DNA from: Dictyostelium discoideum
Taxonomy: Eukaryota
Length of the DNA stretch: 64,000 nucleotides
Direction of reading: 5' to 3'
Assembly (NCBI GenBank): GCA_000004695.1
Contig: CM000155.2
Span: forward strand, 2,432,001-2,496,000
This document shows positions 29,261-44,982 of the stretch, one piece after another. Under the pieces are notes generated by a model, which worked only from the letters and a program-made list of their open reading frames with translations, was not told the DNA's origin and made no database searches. A program made the position numbers and the translations under genes. Every line of letters starts with the position of its first letter. Positions within the stretch are counted from its first letter, which is position 1.

Positions 29261-30497
29261 TTAGTTTGATTTTTTAGTTGAGGTAGTTTGAGATTGTGGA
29301 ATGAGAGAGTGGAGTTTTGAAAGTGGTTCTTTGGCAAGAGCACATACTTTAGAGAATTGTTGGTCAATAACTTCTTTCTTTTCAACGTAGAGTCTTGGAA
29401 CAACAAAGGAAACGAGGAAACCAAAGTAGAGGATGGCAGTATTTGATAAACATTTGCTTAAACAACCGATTAAATAAAAAACGATGGCAAATTGAGCAGA
29501 GAGATAAACACTCTTGCAACCAAATACGTCCTTTGCAATACTTAAAACAGTGTTGATTAATTCAGCAACATTATTAACTTGTTTTTCAATGACAGCATCA
29601 TGAATATGGAAACTGAGAGTTTTTAATTGATCACTAAAAATTTGAGTATTTTATAATTTATAAAGTTAATGTTTGTGTGTGTGTGTAAGTATAATGTATA
29701 TATATATATAAATTGTAAATAAATTGAAGAAAATTACTTACGTGAATTGATTATTTAAAGATACACCTTGAACATATTTTGATAAAATTAAAGAGATTAA
29801 ATGGAAAAGTATAGAGGTGATAGTTACAGTGAAAGCTGTATAACCAAAGAGTGAAATTAAGCTATAGTTACAGAAAGAGATGAGAATAAAGACGAGGTTT
29901 ATAATTGCAAAGAGGATACCGGTTTGAACGATATCTTCCCACAAAACGATCTTCTTAACACATTCGAATGATGGATTCTTTTGAACTACTTTGCTGACTT
30001 TGCAAACTTGGCTACACATTGAGAATTCACCATTCATAGAGTATGGACAACCAGAATTACCAGATACAACTTGTTTGACGCCATCCTTAATATCATTAAT
30101 GGTGGCCTTTGCTGATGATGTGGTTGCTTCAATCTTTGATGAGACTACATTACTAACGTTCTCTGCGACTCCCTTTACATCATTCTTTAATTTATTGATA
30201 TCTTCTTTAACTTCTTCAATTGCTGCTTCAACTTTCTCTGTTGCTTCTTCTTTAACTTTTTCAACAGTTTCTTCAACTTGTTGTTCAACTTGTTCAATTT
30301 GTTCTATTTTTTTTTTAATATTATAATTATTAATTATTAATTTAAAGATTAAAATAAATTAAAATAAAAAAATAATTTTATAATGGTAATGATGTTCACC
30401 ATTTCGCACATCAAAAAAAAAAAAAAAAAAAAAAAAAAAACAAATAAATAAATAATTAAAAAAAAAATAGAAAATATTTACCTTGTGTGTCTTCCAT
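29261..30497 (-). CDS. Reticulon-like protein with a reticulon-homology domain, about 316 aa. Three exons: 30482..30497, 29742..30303 and 29261..29633.
   Basis: The tiny exon 1 (MEDTQ) ends at a GTAAAT donor. Exon 2 has an acidic coiled-coil followed by KKIVLWEDIVQTGILFAIINLVFILISFCNYSLISLFGYTAFTVTITSILFHLI, which is the first long hydrophobic hairpin of the RHD. Exon 3 has the second hairpin (YLSAQFAIVFYLIGCLSK ... ILYFGFLVSFVVPRLY). Confidence 0.7.
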
Positions 30498-31700
30498 TTT
30501 TAATTATGTGATTGATTTTAAAACAATAAACCAAAAGTTTTTTTTTTTTTTTGTAAATGCTGAGTGTGTGTTGGTTTTGTATAAAATTAAAAAAAAAAAA
30601 AAAAAAAAAAGAAATTTTTAAATTAAAAATTTTTTTTTTTTTTTTTTTTATTTTTTTTTTTAATTTTCTCTTTTTTTTTTTTTTTATTGTGAATGGTACA
30701 ATTGAAGTAATTGTAAAGCAACCAAAAAAAAAATTTTTTCTTAATTACTTTTTTTTTTTATTTTTTATTTTTTTTATTTTTTTTTTTTTTTTAATATTAA
30801 ATTTTTTTCTTGAATTTTAATTACAAATATTTTCATCTAATATTTTATTATTCTTATTCTCATCTCTTTTTTTATTTGAATTTTTTTTTATTTTTATTTT
30901 TTTTTATTTTATTTTACTTTTTTTATTTTACTTTTTTTAATTTTTATTTTTTATTTTTCTTTTTATTTTTTTTTTTATTATTTTTTTTATTTATTATTTT
31001 TCAATTATTTATTTTCATTTTTAATTATTATTTTTTGATCTTTAATTATTATTTTTTGAAACTTGAAACTTTTTTTTTAAAAATTTTGTTTATGAATTCC
31101 TAGTTAAAGCAACATGATAATAGTTTAATTTTTGTGTGTAATATTAAAGGAAAATAATAAATTAAAATATAGAAAAAAAAAAAAAATAAAAAAAAAATAA
31201 AAAAAATAAATAAATGGCACATACAAATAATTATTTATTTTCTTTTTATTTTTTAATAATTAAAAAAAAAAAATGAATTTAAAATTTTAATATTTGTAAT
31301 TTTTTTTTTATAAAAAAAATAAAAATGGAAATAATTATTATAACAATTATTTCATTTTTATTTTTTTATTTTTTTTTCATATTTTTTTTTTTTGATCATA
31401 AACCCAGAAACTTCATTTTTTTCATCAATTTTATTTTTTTTTAATTTTTTTTTTTTTTCATTTTATTTTTTATAAATTTTTTTTTTTTTTTTTCATTTTA
31501 TTTTTTTTTTCAATTTTTTTGATCATTTTTTTTTTTTTCGTTTTTTTTTTCATTTTTTCACATAAACTACAAAAAAAACATTTATTTGTTTTTTTTTTAT
31601 TTATTTTTATTTTTTTTTTTTTAAATATATATATTTATTTTTTTAGAAAAAAAAAAAAAAAAAAAAAAAAAATCAAAAAATTTAAAAAAGAAAAAATAAA

Positions 31701-34700
31701 ATGTCATACCAAATTACTAAAATCACTTCAGGTGAATTGAGAAATGGTATTGTCAAAGGTATAAAAACATCAGGTGTTATCAACAATTCATTTGGTGCTG
31801 TAAACTACACAATCAATACTAGTAACACTAGTAATAATATAAGTAATGGAAGAAGATCATATTCAAGCTCACTTTTTGAAGGTGAAGCAATGGGCGGTGG
31901 CGATAACAACCAACCAATAACAAAGAAAGCAAGATCACAAATCATTAGAGAAAAGAAACAAGCTGAACAGATTGAAACACAAAAAGCACAAGTGTTAGGG
32001 GAAGCATTAGATAAAGAATACGATGAAAAAGTATACGCCGGTCATTACAATGATAAAATACGTGCAAAATACACATCACAATATAGTGGTAGAGATTTAC
32101 CATACATTCACAGCACATTGGAGATGTTGACCAGTGGTAGAGCAATCGAAGAGAAAATGATATATCCAAAAAGTACATTTAAAATCGTAAAAGATAGACA
32201 TGGAAAAGAGATATACGTGAAGACAAATAAAGAGGATCTAGATGATTTCCTTGGGAGTGGTAGAAAAGGAGCACAAGTAAATTTGGATAATATTAGATTT
32301 GAGTTTGTACCAAAATACGAGCATGTACTTCATCCAGAAATCGCAAGATTATCCAAACCAAATCAACAACAATTCATTAGAATGGTGGAGACCATCTCTA
32401 GAGTTTTCTCCCAACTCGATCAATATTTAGAGAATTATCGTGAACAATTCACAAACAATGAATTGACCTACTTTGAAACCGCTTTGAAAATTTTACGTGA
32501 AGAGTATTTGACAAATCCAGAATTTAGAAAGTCATTCGCCAAAGATCAAGCCGCTGATGCCGCCGCTGCCGCTGCTACTTCCACTGCCGCTGCTAATTCC
32601 TCCTCCTCACCCTCATCATCATCATCTATAATTGGTTTAACAGAGTCAGAAGTTCAACAAGCAAATAGAGATGTTGAAATTTTATTAACCAATTTATTAA
32701 AGGATTTACATACTAAAAAGATGAAAGCAGGTATTAACTATGAGATTAAACGTTCAATGAAAAGTTTTACACTCACACCAGAGGACAGAGATATTATAGA
32801 GGAGGGAGCCTATCAAGAGAATCCAGATGCCACCTATGATCAAGCTGCTGCCGATGCATTAGGCGAAGAAATCGATGAGATTGATCTCGAGATTTTCGAA
32901 GATGATACATTGGAACGTGGTCGTTATTTAGAGTTTGATATGATGGCTTATCTCAAACAAATCGAATCCACTCAAGCAACACTCTACCTTCACTTAAAAT
33001 CACTTCCAACCGTAGAGGAGAGAAAAGCAGTGATCAAAGATTTCTCTCAATTTAAAAACATTAGAGATTCAATTAGAAATCAAAGATTCGTCACATCAAA
33101 AGAGTCTGGTCAATCATTGAATGATTTGATCACCTCTCATATGACATTCATGAACACTCATGAATCTATCGTTCAAAAATTAACAGAATTGGAAACAATC
33201 GTTGAAGATCCAGAAATGGTTCAAACTAAATTAAATCTTGTTGAAGCTATTAAATTAAATACAACTCTTTCACCATTGCAATTATTTGAAAAATATATTG
33301 CGCCAGGTGCATCAAGGGAAGATATTGCCATGGAATTTGGTGAAAAATTTGTTAACGATAAAAATAATGATAATAATGAAAGTCGTCAAGTTGAAATCGA
33401 TGAATTGGAGAGTTCAGAATTTAAAAATAAACTTGAACAATTAAAAGCAGCAAAACAAAAAGAAGAACCAAAAAAAGTTTTAAATCAATTAGAACAAGAA
33501 TTAGAGAATAAAGATAAAGAATCAGGTGAAGGTGCTGAAGTTGATGCTGCTGCTGATACTCAAGGTGTAATTGAATTACCATCAATTGATGAATTATCAA
33601 AATCACCAGAGTTAATTGGTTATTTGGAAGAGCTCAACCAAAACATTGGAAAGTCTAATTATCCAATGTATGAAAAACATAGAACCTATCTTTTAAGAGA
33701 ATTAGAGAGACTCAACGCCGATAGAGATGCCAAAGTAAACACATGGGAGTTTGGTTCACTCACTGAACAATTGAAACAACTTTTAATTAAAAATGGTGCC
33801 GCCTTTGAAGACCTTGGTAATAGATTCGATGAGTTGACCACAAACGTTGTCAATTCACCATTTTCCGCTAAATACCTTCCATTGACTCCAGAGGCATTGG
33901 TAGAGAAAGAGAAACAATTGGACAATCTCAAACAATTACTCGAGGCTAGAATTAAATCAAACTATACTTTAAAGAAGGGTGAGGAGGTTGAACAAATGAT
34001 TAGATTACGTGAAGGTATTCAAATGTTTAGAGAGATGGGTTTAGACACCGATATGGAACTCATTGAAAAGACTATCTTTGAAGATGGTGAGCTCGATACA
34101 CCAAGCGTCAATTCCATTAGAGAGTCTGATATCTTTGAGCCAGTTCAATTGATAAAATCCCTCTACAAATTAGGTCCACATAGATTCGAAAATGCCGTTC
34201 AAAGTCTCAAGAGATTACCATCCATGGTTTACTATTGTCAATACATTAACGATCGTTTCTTAAATACAAATGATACCTTTATCGCTCCACTCGATATCAA
34301 TGAGCCAACCTTTGAAAAATTCCCTCCACTTTTAAATTATAATGATGATTATGTCGAAGGTTTGGAGTATGCAATTCCAATTTTAAATTATGATGGTCCT
34401 AAAACACTTTTAAAATTAGGTACTGTTGAACATGAAGAACTTACCTTTGATCATGAAAAGGCAGGTGTTGAATTAGCAGATCAAGAAGAAGAAGAAGGAT
34501 TTTTTGATGTAGAAAAAATACAAGAAGAAATGAAAGGCCAAGAAAAAGAACAACACCAACAACAACATCAACAACAACAACAACAAGAGGAAGATGAAGA
34601 AGAATATGAAAAAGAAGGATATGAAGAGGAAGATGTAGAAGGACATGAGGAGGAAAAAACCACTAAAATTCTCGGACTTGATCCAGTAAGAAGGTTCGAT

Positions 34701-37700
34701 GAAGACTATGCTGAAGAATCAGAAATATTATCTCAATTTAGCAAGAAAAATAGAACCTTTTTAGGAGAAGGTAGTTTAAATCAATTGGGTGACGTTTATC
34801 AAGATCCACTCGAACTTATCCAAGATGATAATGTTGTTGACCCTGGTGATGTTCAATTATTCGATAAAAAGATCGACCAATTAATCTCTAGTAGAGAAGC
34901 GGCTAATATTGTCACAGAATCTGAAGTTCCTATTACTGATCCAACTCAATTTATTAAATATCATCCAAAAGCCAGAGGAGAATTGGTCAGTAAAGACGAT
35001 GAAGAATGGGTCGATAAAATGCAGCAAAAACTATCATCAGGCAATGAGAGGGATGACGACGAAGAATATGATTATGATGATTTTGCAGAGGTAGAAGATA
35101 AAGATCCAGTCAGCTTGGAGGAATACATGAAAATCGATGAAAAGCAAAATCAAATTTATGAAAAATACCACAGTTCACTTTCTCTTAATAAAATGAAAGT
35201 TCGTGAAGAATTCATTGATCAAATTCATCTCAATAGAATGAATCAAATATTAAATGGTAAAGATTATAAAAATGGTTTAATCAATTTGGATGAAATGATC
35301 AAAGAATCAATCGTTGAACAAAGACAAAAACAACAACAACCACCATTATCACCAGAAGATTTAAAACTATTAAAAGATGGTTTACGTGATGAATTTGAAT
35401 CCATTCAAAAAGATATTGATCAAGTTATCCTTGAAGCTAAAAATATTAATGAACTCTCTAAAATGATGGAATCTCTTAAAAAATCTGAACTTCTCCAAGC
35501 TGAAAAAGAAAGTAAACTTGAAGAAGAAGAAGATGACGAAGAAGAAGAAGAAGAAGAGGACAATCAAGAATTAGAACAACAAAAAGAAGAATATAGTCAA
35601 GAAGAAGAATACGATCAAGAAGAATATGAACAACAAGAAAAAGATATGGAAGATAACGAATCAAAACTTCAAAAAGAAATAAGTGATCAATTGGAACAAG
35701 AAGAACTTAAAGAAATAGAAGCTTTAAAAACGAAAAGAGATTTAATAGATGATGATGTAATCACACTCGAGAATAGATTTAGTGAATGGATAAATGCTGA
35801 TAATTTAGGTGTAAATGAAAATGAACTCAAAAAATTAGAAAGTAATATTAAAAATCCTGAAGAATTAAACTTTCCAGAATTGTTAGATGACCGAAAGATT
35901 ATAGTCAAAGATCCAAAATCAATCTTAAAAATGAAAGAAGGAGCACTCAAACAATTAAAAGATAATTGGAATAAAGATGTACTCGTGTTGGAAGCTGATG
36001 AATTAGTTAATCCAAAAACCGTAAGAGCAGAGGACACTGAATCTATCCCAGATGATCTTACTCTTACCGATGAAGATGATCAAAATTTAGATGTTGAAGA
36101 TGCTGGTGACGTTGATTTTGATGTTGAAGAAAATAAAACCGATACAAAACTATTCATCAAAGGTGATGATATCCTTGCTTCTCAAAAAGTCGTAGAAGAT
36201 CAAGATATTGATGTTCTCCTCAATAGAGATAACCATACTGAAGTTAGTGAAGACAAAGAAGAAGAAGATGATGATGATGATGATATAGATAACATTGGAA
36301 TCTCAAATTTGGATGAAAATTCCGGTTCAGCCATTGATGCCTTTAAAAATCCAATTTTATCTGTTTCAGAAGAATCAATTTCAGAATTCAAGCCACCATC
36401 AACATCAGAAGTTACCCGTACAGAATCTGAAACATTAACATTCACCTTGAAGGAATTAAGTGAATATGAAGAGGTGATTCATCAACGTAAACTTTTAAGA
36501 ATTTATCGTTCATTCCCAAACTTTGGTATTTCTGATGAGTCACAGTTCAAAACTGATGAACTCATTTACGATGAAGATGGTGATAACGATTTCGCTGATA
36601 AATTATTCCTCATGGAAGTTAATACACTCTTAAACAAAGGTAATATCATGGATCAAGCAAGCAGACCAATCTTTGAAAATCAAAATGATGATCGTTTCAA
36701 TAATGTTGGTGCAGATGAAAGATTGGCCCAAGAGATGGGTTATGACAAAGATGACCTTTACGATGAAGATGAATCCCAAATGACTGAAGTCGAACAAGTA
36801 TTGCCACAAGTTCCAAATTCCGAAAATGATATGGCAGCCGCAAGAGCCTTTGAACTTGAAATGCAAACTAAAGAAATTCAACAATGGCGTGACGTTCCTC
36901 GTCTTGAAAATGCAAAGATTGTCGATATCTCTCGTCATGTTAAAGTAACCACAGCCGGTCGTGTTCAATCTTTTTCAGTAACCATTTTCAATGGTGATGG
37001 TAATGGTACCGCTGGTATGGGTTATGGTAAAGGTGATAGTGCATCATCTGCCTTAAGAAGAGCTTTCAAAGATTCCGAAAGAAACGCCTTCAGTTTGGAT
37101 AGATACAACCATCTCACTCTTCCATCTGGTTTAGATTTCAAATATAGAAGTACCAAAGTTAAATTCATCAAGAGTAGACCAATGGATTTTATGGATCATC
37201 GTGGTATTAAACCAAGTCTCATCTTACCAACTATCGGTCTTCATGGTGTCACCTTTAGAACCTATGGTAAGAAAGATTGGAACTCTGTCTTATTAGCCAT
37301 CCAAAAATGTCTACCACATTATACAAATCCTCAAGAAGCTGCTCGTATCATGGGTAAGAAATTCGTAACTCCAAATAGAGAAAAAGCTCAAAACAAAACT
37401 CTTCATCAATTATTAAAATCTAAACTCGAAACCAGAAATAATGATCCTTACAATTTAGGTATGGTTAGTAAATTCCTCTTTGATGTCGAAGATAAACCAG
37501 ATATCAATGAAATTAAAGAACGTAGATATCAAGAAGAAATTGATCAATTATTCGAACGTTATCCAATCGCTCCTTCAACACCTTTCTTGGGTGATAATGT
37601 TGAAGATTTTAAATTTAAAGGTATTAATATTAATGGTAATGGTAATGGTAATGGTAATCGTAAACATATTGATAAAATGCATCAAAAAGGTAGAAAACAT

Positions 37701-37724
37701 GGACGTAATACAAGAAATTTATAA
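31701..37724 (+). CDS. Giant 2,007-aa acidic, coiled-coil-rich protein with a C-terminal ribosomal protein uS5 (S5) domain. It is a candidate mitochondrial-ribosome uS5 with an N-terminal extension of about 1,700 aa. It is a single exon.
   Basis: A 6-kb stop-free ORF in a 78% AT genome. Around residues 1740-1900 the sequence IVDISRHVKVTTAGRVQSFSVTIFNGDGNGTAGMGYGKGDSASSALRRAFKDSERNAFSL ... GLHGVTFRTYGKKDWNSVLLAIQKCL aligns with E. coli S5, recalled as [60 protein letters not shown] ... GSTNPINVVRATIDGL. The remainder is E/D/K/Q-rich low complexity. Confidence 0.7.
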   Translation: MSYQITKITSGELRNGIVKGIKTSGVINNSFGAVNYTINTSNTSNNISNGRRSYSSSLFEGEAMGGGDNNQPITKKARSQIIREKKQAEQIETQKAQVLGEALDKEYDEKVYAGHYNDKIRAKYTSQYSGRDLPYIHSTLEMLTSGRAIEEKMIYPKSTFKIVKDRHGKEIYVKTNKEDLDDFLGSGRKGAQVNLDNIRFEFVPKYEHVLHPEIARLSKPNQQQFIRMVETISRVFSQLDQYLENYREQFTNNELTYFETALKILREEYLTNPEFRKSFAKDQAADAAAAAATSTAAANSSSSPSSSSSIIGLTESEVQQANRDVEILLTNLLKDLHTKKMKAGINYEIKRSMKSFTLTPEDRDIIEEGAYQENPDATYDQAAADALGEEIDEIDLEIFEDDTLERGRYLEFDMMAYLKQIESTQATLYLHLKSLPTVEERKAVIKDFSQFKNIRDSIRNQRFVTSKESGQSLNDLITSHMTFMNTHESIVQKLTELETIVEDPEMVQTKLNLVEAIKLNTTLSPLQLFEKYIAPGASREDIAMEFGEKFVNDKNNDNNESRQVEIDELESSEFKNKLEQLKAAKQKEEPKKVLNQLEQELENKDKESGEGAEVDAAADTQGVIELPSIDELSKSPELIGYLEELNQNIGKSNYPMYEKHRTYLLRELERLNADRDAKVNTWEFGSLTEQLKQLLIKNGAAFEDLGNRFDELTTNVVNSPFSAKYLPLTPEALVEKEKQLDNLKQLLEARIKSNYTLKKGEEVEQMIRLREGIQMFREMGLDTDMELIEKTIFEDGELDTPSVNSIRESDIFEPVQLIKSLYKLGPHRFENAVQSLKRLPSMVYYCQYINDRFLNTNDTFIAPLDINEPTFEKFPPLLNYNDDYVEGLEYAIPILNYDGPKTLLKLGTVEHEELTFDHEKAGVELADQEEEEGFFDVEKIQEEMKGQEKEQHQQQHQQQQQQEEDEEEYEKEGYEEEDVEGHEEEKTTKILGLDPVRRFDEDYAEESEILSQFSKKNRTFLGEGSLNQLGDVYQDPLELIQDDNVVDPGDVQLFDKKIDQLISSREAANIVTESEVPITDPTQFIKYHPKARGELVSKDDEEWVDKMQQKLSSGNERDDDEEYDYDDFAEVEDKDPVSLEEYMKIDEKQNQIYEKYHSSLSLNKMKVREEFIDQIHLNRMNQILNGKDYKNGLINLDEMIKESIVEQRQKQQQPPLSPEDLKLLKDGLRDEFESIQKDIDQVILEAKNINELSKMMESLKKSELLQAEKESKLEEEEDDEEEEEEEDNQELEQQKEEYSQEEEYDQEEYEQQEKDMEDNESKLQKEISDQLEQEELKEIEALKTKRDLIDDDVITLENRFSEWINADNLGVNENELKKLESNIKNPEELNFPELLDDRKIIVKDPKSILKMKEGALKQLKDNWNKDVLVLEADELVNPKTVRAEDTESIPDDLTLTDEDDQNLDVEDAGDVDFDVEENKTDTKLFIKGDDILASQKVVEDQDIDVLLNRDNHTEVSEDKEEEDDDDDDIDNIGISNLDENSGSAIDAFKNPILSVSEESISEFKPPSTSEVTRTESETLTFTLKELSEYEEVIHQRKLLRIYRSFPNFGISDESQFKTDELIYDEDGDNDFADKLFLMEVNTLLNKGNIMDQASRPIFENQNDDRFNNVGADERLAQEMGYDKDDLYDEDESQMTEVEQVLPQVPNSENDMAAARAFELEMQTKEIQQWRDVPRLENAKIVDISRHVKVTTAGRVQSFSVTIFNGDGNGTAGMGYGKGDSASSALRRAFKDSERNAFSLDRYNHLTLPSGLDFKYRSTKVKFIKSRPMDFMDHRGIKPSLILPTIGLHGVTFRTYGKKDWNSVLLAIQKCLPHYTNPQEAARIMGKKFVTPNREKAQNKTLHQLLKSKLETRNNDPYNLGMVSKFLFDVEDKPDINEIKERRYQEEIDQLFERYPIAPSTPFLGDNVEDFKFKGININGNGNGNGNRKHIDKMHQKGRKHGRNTRNL

Positions 37725-38029
37725 ATAAAAAAAAAAAAAAAATAATAATAATATAATTTAATTCATTTACTTCTTTTTTAAAAAAAAAAAAAATAATAAT
37801 ACAAACTCATATATTAAAAAAAAAAAAAAAAAACAATAATAAATAAAATCATTAATTAAAAAAAAAAAAAAAACCATTTAGTTTACACTTGTTATTTTGG
37901 AAAAAAAAAAAAACTTTCCCAAATCTTGAGTTTTACTTTTTTTTTTTTTTTATGTTTTTTTTTTTTTTAATTTTATATTTGTGTTTGTGTGTTATAAGAT
38001 TTAAAATTTTCATAAAAAATAATAATAAA

Positions 38030-40785
<2,756 letters not shown>

Positions 40786-41464
40786 TTGATTGATTCATCA
40801 CTCTATTCAAATATAAAGGATCACCCAAACTAATTCTATTTTTAATATTAAAAGATTTTTATTACCAATAAAACCAATAAATAAAAAATAAAAAAAAAAA
40901 AAAAAAAATAAGATTTGTTTTAATTTATCACTAATTGTGTACCTCTTTAACTTTATTTATTTTTTTATAATTTTTTTAAAATTTATTTTAAATAAATAAA
41001 AAAAAAAAATTGTTGAAATTAATAATGGTTATTTAAAAGCAAAATTTTAATCATTTCCAATTAAAATTTTTTTTTATCTCTTTATTTATTTTCTATCCAT
41101 TTTTAATTTATCAAAATAAAATTCCAAATAAAAAAAAAAAAAGAAATATGTTTAAATTTAATTTTTAAATTACCAACCAAACAAGATTTTCAAATTAATA
41201 TTAATAAAATTATTATCAATTTTTGTTTAAATTTCTAAAATAAAATAAATTAATGTAATGTTATTAAATATAATTCAAAAATTTCCTAATGTATCTAAAT
41301 AAAAAAAAAAAAATAAAAAAATTATACACCTTTTTAATTTATTTTTGTTTTTATTTTTATTACACTTTTTTTTTATTTTTTTTTTGTTGTTTTTTCACAT
41401 TTTTTTTTTTGTTTTTTCATTTTCTTTTTTTCATTTTCTTAATTCCATTTTTTTAATTTCCACA

Positions 41465-41597
41465 ATGAATTTGGCTAATATCTTAGATAAAGCTTTAGAA
41501 GAGCTTCGGGAGAAGGAATTAACTGATAGTTTGACACAACACGTTAATAATAATAATACTAATAATATTATTAATAGTAATAATAATAATAATAATA

Positions 41598-41659
<62 letters not shown>

Positions 41660-41864
41660 TCTGTGGAGGAATTTAGTTTTAAAAAACATTCTAAATATTT
41701 AAACAATTTTGAAGAATCAAAAATAAATGGGTCAACAGTAAAACAGTTTGAATTCTTTATGAAAAGTGTTTATTTTCACGAATTTGAACTCTCAAAAGAA
41801 GATTTAAATATCGTTTTTAAGTAATTATCATATATACAGTTTTAAGTTTCAAATCAAATACTAA

Positions 41865-41910
<46 letters not shown>

Positions 41911-43089
41911 TATTTCAAAATTTAAAAAATTCTATACTAAAATAGGCTATTATAAATGGGAGAGTTATATAGCTTGTAGATATCCAAAATATTTTTCATA
42001 TTTTCATAAACCAACTCGAATTAATGATATTATAGATTCAATTGTAAAAGCTATATTGCTTTCAAAACCATGTAAAGGATCATATAAATTTTTATTAGAA
42101 TTTATTGAAAGTGTTAATGATTATATATGTACAGTATGTATAATACTTAACAACATTCACATACACACACACACCACTCTCTCTTCACTTTAATAATATT
42201 TTAACATATTTTATTTTTTTTTTTAAAAAATAAAAAAAAAAAATAAAAAAATAATAAGAAAGTTGCAGATAAAATTTATGCAATTATTTTAGATAATAAT
42301 TATGAAGTACTTGGTTTTGATCATTATAATTTATTTTTTATATTGATAATAATAGCTGATAAAATTAGTGCAAATCCACAGGGTATTATAGGATATTTTA
42401 TTAATATTAGCATTTTAGAGATTCCTAATGAAAAAAAACATATGGAATATTTGTTAAAATTCAAAAATTTTATTGTCTATTATTACAAAAAAAATACACA
42501 AGAAGTTTTGAACCAAGAGTTATTTTCATTTCTTGCAGCATTTCATGGACCAGATTTACAAAAACAAAACCAACAATATTTATTAGATTTGGTTTATGAT
42601 ATTAAAAGTTTTCCAGGAAAAGAATACTTGGTTAAAGAACTACTTTCACATGGTTATTACGATTTATTTTTAATGGAATATGCAGAAACAAAAAAACCAG
42701 CTTTTCATTTCTTTTTGTTGAACCATTTACCATTTAATGAATTTCTCAATCTTTCAAAGAATTTCTATTATCATAGTTTTAGAAAATTTTTTAAGAGATC
42801 ACCACCATGGAATTCTGATGCATTCTTAAGAGCATTGTTTCATTCTAATCAGGTACTTTTAAATCCAACTAAAACTGAATACATTTTCAAAATGGTTGAA
42901 GCTTCAACATCTTTATCAACAAATAATATTAAATCATTATATGATGCAGCTTTTCAATTTTCATTAAAATCATCATCATCATCACATTTCTCATCTACTG
43001 TATCAACTTGTTCACCATCTTTATCACCAATATCAACTTTATTTAAATCACATAAATTTTTATCAGAATTATTTGATGAAACTCTATCA

Positions 43090-43130
<41 letters not shown>

Positions 43131-43297
43131 AGTAAAAAAATTATTCTTAACAAATAATTTAGAATTCTTTTTAAAAGTATTAACTATTGATAATATTGAT
43201 AAATATTTATTACAAATTTTTGGTAAAAATAAATTATTATCTTCAAAAATTTATATTGATAAAATCAATTCTAAATTTAATAGTAATAATAATAATG

Positions 43298-43350
<53 letters not shown>

Positions 43351-44936
43351 CAAAAATTTATAAATTATTTACCATTATCAACAGAATTTAAAGAAAGAAT
43401 TTTATATATGTTAAGTTGTGATAAATCAATTGCACAATTTCAAAGATTAAATATAGTTATGGTTTGCAAACATTTCTTTTCTACATTTAGTAAACTTATT
43501 AATAATTCAACGATTGTACCAATCATTTTAAGTTATAATCAATTTAGTAATCTTATTAGTAATTCATTTAAAAATTTTAGATCAAATTCAATGATTTCAT
43601 TTCAAAAAGTGAAATATTTAAAGATCTTTAACGATAGAATTCCAAAACTAACAAACACTGAAAAAATTGAAGAATCAAAATTATCATTAAGATCAAAACA
43701 ATTGAAAAATATATTATCACCACCACCACCACCAATGACAACTAAATTATTTACATCAACAATGTTAACCCATGAAAGTTTTTTTGGTTCAATCTATTTT
43801 TCAATTGACTTTTTCACTGGATTAGAAATTCTTGAAATTGATCAACTCATTGAATTTCATCAAGTTTTATTACTCAAATCACTAAAAAAGATAATATTAC
43901 ATCTTGAACAAAGTGAAGGTTCATCATTTGGTCCTGAAGATAAAGAGAAAATCGATCTTTTAGTAAATGGTGGTATTTTCAATGATTTTACAACTGATGG
44001 ATATATTGTTGAATTACATTTCAAACATTATAAAAATAAAAATCATGGTATAGATATGTCATTAGTGAAATCAGTTTCAATGGGATTATCGAAATTCTTT
44101 GATTTATTCGATGATGATATGGCATCAATACCAATACTTTATTTAGATTTAAATGATTCTCCAACAAGAAATTCACTAGAAACCTTTAAAAAATATTTAA
44201 AATCATCTCCAAAGAAATTATTATTAAATGAATTACATTTACATTTTTCAGTTCATAGTAGTAGCATAATAGGTAATAATAATAATAATAATAATAATAT
44301 TTTAAGTATTGAAAATATTTTAGAGAATTTCAAATCATTCAGTAAAATTCAAACATTATATTTCCATATTACATCCAATGAAATACCAATACCATCTAAA
44401 GTAACCATACAATCAGTTATTAAATCAACACTCGAATTTATTTTATCAAACTTCAAAATGGTCAACAAAGTTTTATTCATCGATGAATATGGTCTTCCAT
44501 TGAATATTGATTGGTATCATATTTTAAATATATTACCTAAAGTGAATATAAATACTTTTGATTTCATAGGGTTTCATATTGATAACCAACCTGATATCAC
44601 AAAGGCTATTGAAGGAAATAATAAAAATAATTTATCAATTAACCAACAACAAAAAGAACAACCAACAAAAACAACAACAACATCAACAAAAACAACAACA
44701 ATAACACCGACAGTAGCAGAAACAAAACAACCAAAAGCAGCAAAAACATCAGAAACAAGACAACCAACACCAATAAAAACAAAACAAACAACAACAACAC
44801 CAACACCAACACCAATAAAAACAACACCAACACCAACACCAACAACAACACCAACACCAACACCAACAACAAAAATACCAACACCAACACCAACAACCAC
44901 AAAAACAACAACAACACCAACACCAACAACAACACC

Positions 44937-44982
<46 letters not shown>

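Noticed and set aside
29991-30326. 111-aa plus-strand ORF.
   Set aside because: It is antisense to the reticulon exon 2 coiled-coil region. It is Ser/Thr-rich low complexity.
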